DNA of 54,380 bases, taken from an uncultured Candidatus Saccharibacteria bacterium. Its GTDB lineage: Bacteria > Patescibacteriota > Minisyncoccia > Phycocordibacterales > UBA5272. The first letter of the stretch is position 1. Each line of letters starts with the position of its first letter. The notes beneath the pieces are model-generated. The model worked only from the letters and a program-made list of their open reading frames with translations. It did not search any database and was not told the origin of the DNA. Of the stretch, positions 46,507 through 53,348 are shown piece by piece. A program made the position numbers and the translations under genes. Location of the stretch: positions 1 through 54,380 of the forward strand of contig CAYMRR010000001.1 in the NCBI GenBank assembly GCA_964393005.1, read 5' to 3'.

Positions 46507-47949
46507 ATGGACAAGTTTTTTAAAAATTCCGCTCTAATAGGTTTAATATTAGTCGGTGTAGCCATGCTTGGAGCTATGATAATAGTATCCGTAGTAAAGC
46601 TTATTATTTTCCTAATAATAGTATTTTTAATAACTTTTATTTCAAATCTATTTATTAGTAATAATGAAGAATTTAGAATAAATCTTGCTCTTGGAATAAA
46701 TCCTGCAGCCAGCAGATTTAGACTTTGGGAGTTTATTAAATTCTTTTTAGTATGGATAATATATTTATTAGTTTTAATAAATATGTTTCCAGGTTTACGA
46801 ACTAATGTAAATATAGTAGATTTTCTTTGGGATACTATAACTTTGTCACTTCATGTATTTACTAGTACTGTATATACAAAGAATGGGCGAGTAAGGGTTC
46901 TCTATACTAGATTTTCAGAAAAAGTAGGCCTTATTTTACCTCCTGGATACTTTCTATCTCCAGCTATTTGGTTTTGGTATAGACTTTCAAAACCAATGCT
47001 TCTTTCTTATTCTGAAAATACTAGAAAATTAAATTTAGTAGCAGATAATGAAGAAAATTCTGAAGATAATGAGAGAAAAAATGTTTTTCATCTTTATAAA
47101 GATGATAGAGTAGCAAAAATACAAACTAGTTTAAAAGGGACTGGAGCATTGTTTTACAATTTTATTTTACTCAATTCTTCTAAAATCCGTTTTACAGAAA
47201 ATATGAGTTTTTTTAGAGTTTTTGTTAGTTTAGTTTTGGCTTTTACTTTAAATATTTCTTTATACTACACTGTTTTAAATTCTTATTATACAGATACAGA
47301 AGTATTAAATAAAGTAAAAACTTTTATTTTAGAAAGAAATAAAGATGCTGTAGAAAAAAATAAAGGAATTTCTGCTTCTTTTTTTTCTAAAACTATTAAC
47401 ATAATAGACAAAACAAATAACAAAGAAAAAGCTATCTCTAGAAACCCTTATATTAGCAATCTTTCTTGGGAAAATTTAAGAGTGAGGGATAGATATACTG
47501 TAAAATTTTTTGCTGCTAGAAATAATAGAGAAATAACGGTAGAAGGATTTTTTGTAGGGAAAAGAGAGTCTGAGTTTTATTTTCCACATGTCTATGTCGA
47601 CGGATATGAAGGTGATCAAAGTTTTTTTTATAACTTTTTTAAAGTTCATATAGAAGAAATGTCTTTTAAAAACGGACAAGTCTGGAGAAATAGAGATATG
47701 GATTTAAGTGAATATATATCTATTATAAAAAATAAAAATAGAATAGATTCTTATTGTTATAGAAAAATAAAAATTATCCCTATCGGAAGACATAAAGGCA
47801 TTATAGATTGGTATTTATTGGATGCGGGAGTAGGAACTACATACAGACCTTTTGCTATTTATTATCAAAAATCTGAAAGTTTTACCTCCATAAGAGACGC
47901 AGAAAAATTTAATACTAATCAAAGATTTAATTTAGAAAATTTTGATTAA
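46507..47949 (+). CDS. hypothetical multi-pass membrane protein, 480 aa
   Basis: Long ORF in host composition with several N-terminal TM helices and one central TM. The C-terminal soluble region of about 190 aa has no motif I recognise. Confidence 0.6.
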   Translation: MDKFFKNSALIGLILVGVAMLGAMIIVSVVKLIIFLIIVFLITFISNLFISNNEEFRINLALGINPAASRFRLWEFIKFFLVWIIYLLVLINMFPGLRTNVNIVDFLWDTITLSLHVFTSTVYTKNGRVRVLYTRFSEKVGLILPPGYFLSPAIWFWYRLSKPMLLSYSENTRKLNLVADNEENSEDNERKNVFHLYKDDRVAKIQTSLKGTGALFYNFILLNSSKIRFTENMSFFRVFVSLVLAFTLNISLYYTVLNSYYTDTEVLNKVKTFILERNKDAVEKNKGISASFFSKTINIIDKTNNKEKAISRNPYISNLSWENLRVRDRYTVKFFAARNNREITVEGFFVGKRESEFYFPHVYVDGYEGDQSFFYNFFKVHIEEMSFKNGQVWRNRDMDLSEYISIIKNKNRIDSYCYRKIKIIPIGRHKGIIDWYLLDAGVGTTYRPFAIYYQKSESFTSIRDAEKFNTNQRFNLENFD

Positions 47950-47966
47950 TTTCTTATTCTAAATTT

Positions 47967-48022
47967 AAAACCCCAAATAAGTCAAAACACCTATAAATAA
48001 GTTTTGGTTTATATGGGGTTTT
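47967..48022 (+). terminator. long imperfect hairpin / terminator
   Basis: 22-position stem (1 mismatch, 2 G:U) AAAACCCCAAATAAGTCAAAAC / GTTTTGGTTTATATGGGGTTTT with a 12-nt loop, followed by a T-rich run. Confidence 0.6.
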
Positions 48023-48033
48023 TATTTTATGAT

Positions 48034-48072
48034 AAAATTAAAATAAATTAAAATAAATTAAAATAAATTAAA
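48034..48072. repeat. 10-bp tandem repeat (AAATAAATTA), three perfect copies plus partial flanks
   Basis: Perfect copies lie at 48041-48050, 48051-48060 and 48061-48070. They are bracketed by an 11-bp inverted repeat, ATGATAAAATT (48029-48039) / AATTTTATCAT (48087-48097). Confidence 0.85.
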
Positions 48073-48104
48073 GATAAGAAAAATAAAATTTTATCATTAA
48101 GTAT

Positions 48105-49196
48105 ATGTCTCAAGAATTTAAAAATATTTTTAAAGAAGAAATGGAAGAAACAGAAAATATAGAAGAATTTTCTTTAACTGAAAAGGCGAGTGAAGATAAA
48201 ATAGATGAATTTTTAGATTTTGATGACTATTCTATAGTAAAAATTTTAAAGAAAGATTTTTATAAATATGCTCTTCTTTCTCCACTTTTGGAAATAAAAG
48301 ATACACCAAAACAGCTTTTTATAAAATATAAATCAAAAGAAAATTTAGATAATTTTTTAAATAAAAATTTTGATGGAGAAGATTATAAAGTTTTGACAAT
48401 AGTAGGTAGTAGAAAAAATACAAATTATGGAAAAGAAGTACTTAGCTATTTGCTAAAATATCTGACGGGAGAAAAAGTAATAATAGTTTCTGGTCTTGCC
48501 TTAGGTGTAGATTCTTTAGCTCATAAGTTTTCTTTAAAAAATGATTTGCCTACTATTTCTATACCTGGGTCTGGGCTTAGTAAAAAAGTTTTATATCCTT
48601 CTCAAAATATTTCTTTAGCCGAAGATTTGCTTAAAGCTGAAAATATTTTTATTTCAGAATACGAAATAGATAGAAAAAGTGAAATATATTTTTTCCCTGC
48701 AAGAAATAGAGTGATGGCAGCTATATCTGATGCTGTGCTTATAGTAGAAGCTGGAGAAAAAAGTGGTACTCTTATTACAGCCAAATTAGCTTTAGATTAT
48801 AATAAAGATGTAGGAGTTATACCAAATAATATTTTTGCTGAAGGGTCTGTAGGTTCTAATAAGCTCATAAAAGAAGGTGCTACACCAATTTTAAATATTA
48901 CAGATCTTTTAGATTTTTTAAATATCAATAAAGATGTACAAGGAGTCCTTGCTTTAAATTTTAATAATGAAGAAGAAAAAAATAAATTTAAAAATATATT
49001 AGACACTCTTTCTGAATATGAAAAAAATATATTACAAAAAGTTTTGCAAGCTGGAAGTATAGAAAAAGATATATTATTAGAAAATTTAGAAGAAGAATAT
49101 AATATGAGTTATACAGATTCTTTGGTAGCTCTTATGAGTCTAGAAATAAACGGCTTTATAAAAGAAAAAGAAGGAGAAATAGGTATAGTAAGATAA
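48105..49196 (+). CDS. dprA: DNA processing protein DprA/Smf
   Basis: IVGSRKNTNYG, SGLALGVDSLAH, FPARNRVMAAISDAVLIVEAGEKSG and a C-terminal winged-helix-like tail. Confidence 0.9.
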   Translation: MSQEFKNIFKEEMEETENIEEFSLTEKASEDKIDEFLDFDDYSIVKILKKDFYKYALLSPLLEIKDTPKQLFIKYKSKENLDNFLNKNFDGEDYKVLTIVGSRKNTNYGKEVLSYLLKYLTGEKVIIVSGLALGVDSLAHKFSLKNDLPTISIPGSGLSKKVLYPSQNISLAEDLLKAENIFISEYEIDRKSEIYFFPARNRVMAAISDAVLIVEAGEKSGTLITAKLALDYNKDVGVIPNNIFAEGSVGSNKLIKEGATPILNITDLLDFLNINKDVQGVLALNFNNEEEKNKFKNILDTLSEYEKNILQKVLQAGSIEKDILLENLEEEYNMSYTDSLVALMSLEINGFIKEKEGEIGIVR

Positions 49197-49263
49197 ATTT
49201 TAGATTAATTATTAAATAAAAATTTAATAAGAATTATTAGTTGTGATATAATAATTTTAAATT

Positions 49264-51255
49264 ATGAATAAAATAGTGCAAGGGAAAATAATCATTACAA
49301 GTAAAGGTGATGGCTATTTGAAACTTTTAGAACATCATGAAGGTATAGATGAATATTTTACTGAAGGAGAATATGTGTTTATTGATAGAGATCATTTAAA
49401 TACTGCTTTGCATGGAGATATTGCCGAAGTAGAAGTGTTAGGAATGAAAAGAAATGAAAAGACAGAAGTAGATACTTTTTATGGAAAAGTTTTAAGAAAT
49501 GTAGAAAGAGCAAAATATGCTCATTCTGGAAAATTAGAAGAAGAAAACAATACTTTATTTTTGGTTCCAGATGATAAAAAAACTTATACCGACTTTGTCA
49601 TAGAAAAAGATAAAACTTTGGGAGCTAAACCAGGAGATAAAGTAGTAGTAGAAATAACTCACTGGACAGATCATAAGAGAAGCCCGTTTGCTAAAGTTAT
49701 TAAAATTTTAGGAAAGCCTGGAGAAAATAATGCCGAAATGCTAGCTTTTGCTCTTGAAAGAGGTTTTTCAGATAAACCTAGAGAAGATGTGCTAGAAGAA
49801 GCAGAAGCTCTTTACAAAAGAGGAATAACCGAAGAAGATAAAATTTTAAATGAAAATGGAATAGATGGCAGAAGAGATTTTAGAAATATTACTACTTTTA
49901 CTATAGACCCACCAGATGCAAAAGATTTTGATGATGCTATAAGTGTAAGAAAATTAGAAAATAATAACTATGAAATAGGTATACATATTGCCGATGTTTC
50001 TTTTTATTTAAAAGAAGATTCTAAAATGAATGAAGAAGCTGTCTTTCGAGAAACTAGTGTGTATTTGGTGGACAGGACTATACCAATGCTTCCAGAAGTG
50101 CTTTCAAACGACTTATGCTCTTTAAAAGAAGGAGAAGAAAAGCTTGCATTTAGTGCTGTTTTTGAAATGACAGAAAAAGCTAAAATAGTAAAAGAGTGGT
50201 ATGGAAAAACTCTTATCAAATCTGACAAAAGTCTTACTTACAATGATGCTCAAAAAAGTATAGAAACAGGAAAAGGAGATTTTGCTGAAGAGATAAATAT
50301 TTTAAATAATTTAGCCAAAATTTTAGAAAAAGAAAATAAAGATAATGGAGCATTAGAAATAGAATCTCAAGAAGTAAAATTCAAATTAGATAAAAAAGGA
50401 GTACCAGTAGATGTATTTTTGGTAGAGATTAAAGATGCTAATAAATTAATAGAAGAGTTTATGCTACTCGCTAATAGAAAAGTGTCTAAATTTATAAATG
50501 ATGAACAAAAGAAAAACAATGCTCCTGAAATATCTATTTATAGAATTCACAATAAACCAGAATCAGAAAAAATGCATGAGCTTGCACTTTTTATAAAATC
50601 TTTAAATGAAAATGTTCGTTTTATAGATGGGTTAATACCAACTACAGAATTAAATAATCTTTTTCTAAAATTAAAAGAAGAAGGTAGAGAAGCTGAAAAA
50701 GATTTACTTTCTCTTCATGTGACAAGAAGTATGCAAAAAGCTATTTATTCTACAAAAAATATTGGACACTATGGTTTAGCTTTTCCTTATTATTCTCATT
50801 TTACTTCTCCTATTCGTAGATATCCAGATATTTTGCTACATAGAATACTTTTTAGAATATTAAATAAAGATTTTCCAAAAGCTGAAGAAAAATATTATTT
50901 TGATAGAATGTGTGACCTTGCAAGCAAAAGAGAAAAAGAAGCTCAAGATGCTGAAAGAGGAAGTGTAAAATACAAGCAGACAGAATATATGTCTTATAGA
51001 ATTGGTAAAGAATTTGAAGGTGTAGTTTCTGGTATTTCTCAGTGGGGCATATATGTAGAAGAAGCAAAAAGTAAAGCCGAAGGTATGATTCGCCTAAAAG
51101 ATTTAGGGGCAGATTTTTATGTTTATAATAGTAAACTTTCAAAAATAATAGGTGAAAATTCTGGAGAAGAATGGAGAATAGGGGATAGAGTGAAAATAAG
51201 AGTAAAAGCTACCAATTTAGACTTAAGACAAATAGATTATGAACTTTTACGATAA
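49264..51255 (+). CDS. rnr: ribonuclease R (RNB family)
   Basis: Cold-shock-like N-terminus, RNB motifs (DPPDAKDFDDAISV, HFTSPIRRYPDILLHR) and a C-terminal S1 domain. Confidence 0.93.
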   Translation: MNKIVQGKIIITSKGDGYLKLLEHHEGIDEYFTEGEYVFIDRDHLNTALHGDIAEVEVLGMKRNEKTEVDTFYGKVLRNVERAKYAHSGKLEEENNTLFLVPDDKKTYTDFVIEKDKTLGAKPGDKVVVEITHWTDHKRSPFAKVIKILGKPGENNAEMLAFALERGFSDKPREDVLEEAEALYKRGITEEDKILNENGIDGRRDFRNITTFTIDPPDAKDFDDAISVRKLENNNYEIGIHIADVSFYLKEDSKMNEEAVFRETSVYLVDRTIPMLPEVLSNDLCSLKEGEEKLAFSAVFEMTEKAKIVKEWYGKTLIKSDKSLTYNDAQKSIETGKGDFAEEINILNNLAKILEKENKDNGALEIESQEVKFKLDKKGVPVDVFLVEIKDANKLIEEFMLLANRKVSKFINDEQKKNNAPEISIYRIHNKPESEKMHELALFIKSLNENVRFIDGLIPTTELNNLFLKLKEEGREAEKDLLSLHVTRSMQKAIYSTKNIGHYGLAFPYYSHFTSPIRRYPDILLHRILFRILNKDFPKAEEKYYFDRMCDLASKREKEAQDAERGSVKYKQTEYMSYRIGKEFEGVVSGISQWGIYVEEAKSKAEGMIRLKDLGADFYVYNSKLSKIIGENSGEEWRIGDRVKIRVKATNLDLRQIDYELLR

Positions 51256-51325
51256 TTTTCTTATCTCTTTTCTTTTTTAGATAAATGTGCTATATTATCG
51301 AGATAAAAATTAATACAAATTTATT

Positions 51326-51631
51326 ATGCTAAAAATCAGATTACAAAGATTGGGAAGAAAAAATGATCCTCATTTTAAATTGATCGTTACACCTCATACT
51401 TATAAACCAAAAACTCATAAATTTATAGAAGACTTAGGATTTTATAATCCAAAAAGTGGAGTATATGAATTTAAAGCTGATAGAATAAAATATTGGCTAG
51501 GAGTAGGAGCAAAAACTTCTCCTACAGTTCACAATTTTCTAATAAGTAAAAAGATTATTGAAGGTAAAAAGATAAATGTTTTACCTAAAAAAAGTGTAAC
51601 TCAACCCAAAAAAGATTTAAAAAAGAAATAA
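51326..51631 (+). CDS. rpsP: 30S ribosomal protein S16
   Basis: MLKIRLQRLGRKNDPHFKLIV... followed by YWLGVGAKTSPTV. Confidence 0.95.
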   Translation: MLKIRLQRLGRKNDPHFKLIVTPHTYKPKTHKFIEDLGFYNPKSGVYEFKADRIKYWLGVGAKTSPTVHNFLISKKIIEGKKINVLPKKSVTQPKKDLKKK

Positions 51632-51732
51632 TTAACATTTCTTAATATTTAAAAAAGAATACTTTTTTGCGTGCTATAATAGATTGGTTATTAAGTTTTT
51701 GTTAGAAATAAATAAAATTGAAAATTAAATAT

Positions 51733-52065
51733 ATGGTTAAAGATTCAGAATTTGTAGAATACATAGTGAAGAGTTTAGTAGACAATCCAAATGATGTAAA
51801 AATAGAAAGAAAGGTAGATGAAATGGGGGTACTTATCACTGTAGATGTTGGTAAAGATGATATGGGAAAGATTATAGGTCGCCAAGGTGCTACAGCAAAA
51901 GCTATTCGTACTTTACTTCGTGTAGTAGGAATGAAAAATAATGCTAGAGTAAATCTTAAAATCAACGAACCAGAAGAAATGCTTGGTGCACAATCTGGAG
52001 AAGAAGGATATAGATCTCACCTTGATGATGTAGATGCAGTAATGGATGAAATTAAAAATCTTTAA
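51733..52065 (+). CDS. KH-domain RNA-binding protein (YlqC/UPF0109 type)
   Basis: GxxG loop GKIIGRQGATAKAIRTLL in the usual position after rpsP. I prefer the ATG at 51733 over the track TTG at 51718. Confidence 0.85.
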   Translation: MVKDSEFVEYIVKSLVDNPNDVKIERKVDEMGVLITVDVGKDDMGKIIGRQGATAKAIRTLLRVVGMKNNARVNLKINEPEEMLGAQSGEEGYRSHLDDVDAVMDEIKNL

Positions 52066-52088
52066 TTTATTTATCTATTAATAATATT

Positions 52089-52143
52089 AAAAAATAAAAC
52101 CGCTTTTTAGGCGGTTTTGTTTAAAAGAGGGGCATATTTCTTA
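52089..52143 (-). ncRNA. candidate orphan short transcript, cassette E
   Basis: On the minus strand: TTGACA (comp 52173-52178), a 17-nt spacer ending TGC, and TATGAT (comp 52150-52155). Then ATAATTTAAGAAATATGCCCCTCTTTTAAAC, the 52096-52118 hairpin and a T-run. Confidence 0.3.
52096..52118. terminator. bidirectional intrinsic terminator
   Basis: AAAACCGC-TTTTTAG-GCGGTTTT with A/T runs on both sides. Confidence 0.75.
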
Positions 52144-52227
52144 AATTATATCATAGCAAATCTAGATAGTTTTGTCAAGTGTTTTTAACTTTAAAAACTT
52201 GCTAAAATAAGTTAAAATTTAATAAAT

Positions 52228-52980
52228 ATGAAGTATTTTGTAATAAGCTTATTTCCAGAAATAATAAACTCTTATGGAGAAGAATCTATAATAGGTAAAG
52301 CTGTAAATAAAAAGCTTATTAATATCAAAACTTTTCAATTAAGAGACTATACAAAAGATAAGCATGGCAGGACAGATGGCAAACCTTATGGAGGGGGGCC
52401 TGGTATGGTGCTTTGGGTAGACCCTATAATAAATACTTTTGCTAAAATTTTAAAAGAAATAGAAAAAGATAAAAAGAAAGCAAAGAAAAATCTTTTAATA
52501 GTCAACTTTGTACCAAGTGCAGAAATTTTTAATAATAATTTAGCTAAAACTTATGCTAAAAAATATGATTATATTATTTTTATCTGTGGTAGATATGAAG
52601 GCATAGATGCTAGGGTAAATAAAGTCATAAAAGATATTTTAGCTAATAAGAAAAAAGAATTAAAAGAAAAAGATATTACTCTAAACTCTAAAATAATAGA
52701 TCTTTCAGTAGGTGATTTTGTTTTGACTGGAGGAGAATTGCCTGCACTTATTATGATAGATGCTATATCTAGGCAAATAGCTGGAGTACTTCATGATACA
52801 GAAAGCTTAGAAGAAAATAGGGTGGCTAGTAGTGAAGTCTATGCTAGACCAGAAATTTACGAAAGAAAAATAGGAAATGCTAAAACAGGGAAAATTAAAA
52901 AATATAAAGTGCCAGAAGTATTGCTTTCTGGGCATCATAAAAATATAGAAAACTGGAGAAAAGAAAGAGATAATAAATAG
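52228..52980 (+). CDS. trmD: tRNA (guanine37-N1)-methyltransferase
   Basis: GGGPGMV, CGRYEGIDARV, VGDFVLTGGELPALIMIDAISR and LLSGHH. Confidence 0.93.
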   Translation: MKYFVISLFPEIINSYGEESIIGKAVNKKLINIKTFQLRDYTKDKHGRTDGKPYGGGPGMVLWVDPIINTFAKILKEIEKDKKKAKKNLLIVNFVPSAEIFNNNLAKTYAKKYDYIIFICGRYEGIDARVNKVIKDILANKKKELKEKDITLNSKIIDLSVGDFVLTGGELPALIMIDAISRQIAGVLHDTESLEENRVASSEVYARPEIYERKIGNAKTGKIKKYKVPEVLLSGHHKNIENWRKERDNK

Positions 52981-53011
52981 CTATAAAATAAATTCTTAAA
53001 AAATTAAAAAA

Positions 53012-53227
53012 ATGTATATAAAAGTAAAAGTAAAAACAGAGCAAAAGAAAGAATCTTTTGAAAAATCTAAAAAAGAAGATGAATATCTCATCTCTGTAAG
53101 AGAAGAAGCTAGAAATGGTTGGGCAAATGAGGCGATATTAAAAATCTTAAAAAGAGAATTTAATACTAATAATATTCGTCTTATTTCTGGAGCTACTAGC
53201 CCGAGTAAGATATTTTCTGTTGATTAA
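53012..53227 (+). CDS. DUF167 (YggU)-like small protein
   Basis: The pattern ...V.V..EARNGWANEAILKILKREF.....IRLISGATSPSKIFSV matches the GkAN...G..sr.K signature as I recall it. Confidence 0.65.
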   Translation: MYIKVKVKTEQKKESFEKSKKEDEYLISVREEARNGWANEAILKILKREFNTNNIRLISGATSPSKIFSVD

Positions 53228-53275
53228 AATTTGTATATTAAATTTTATTTGCTATACTTTTATTTATATTTATCA

Positions 53276-53348
53276 GCCAATATAGCTCAGTCGGTAGAGC
53301 GCATCCATGGTAAGGATGAGGTCGTCAGTTCGATCCTGACTATTGGCT
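53276..53348 (+). tRNA. tRNA-Thr (anticodon GGT), no encoded CCA
   Basis: Acceptor GCCAATA/TATTGGC, D arm GCTC-AGTCGGTA-GAGC, anticodon arm CATCC-ATGGTAA-GGATG, T arm GTCAG-TTCGATC-CTGAC. Confidence 0.9.

Noticed and set aside
48034-48072. Possible CRISPR or minisatellite
   Set aside because: The unit is only 10 bp with no spacers and only about 3.5 copies. It is a simple tandem A-tract repeat, not a CRISPR array.
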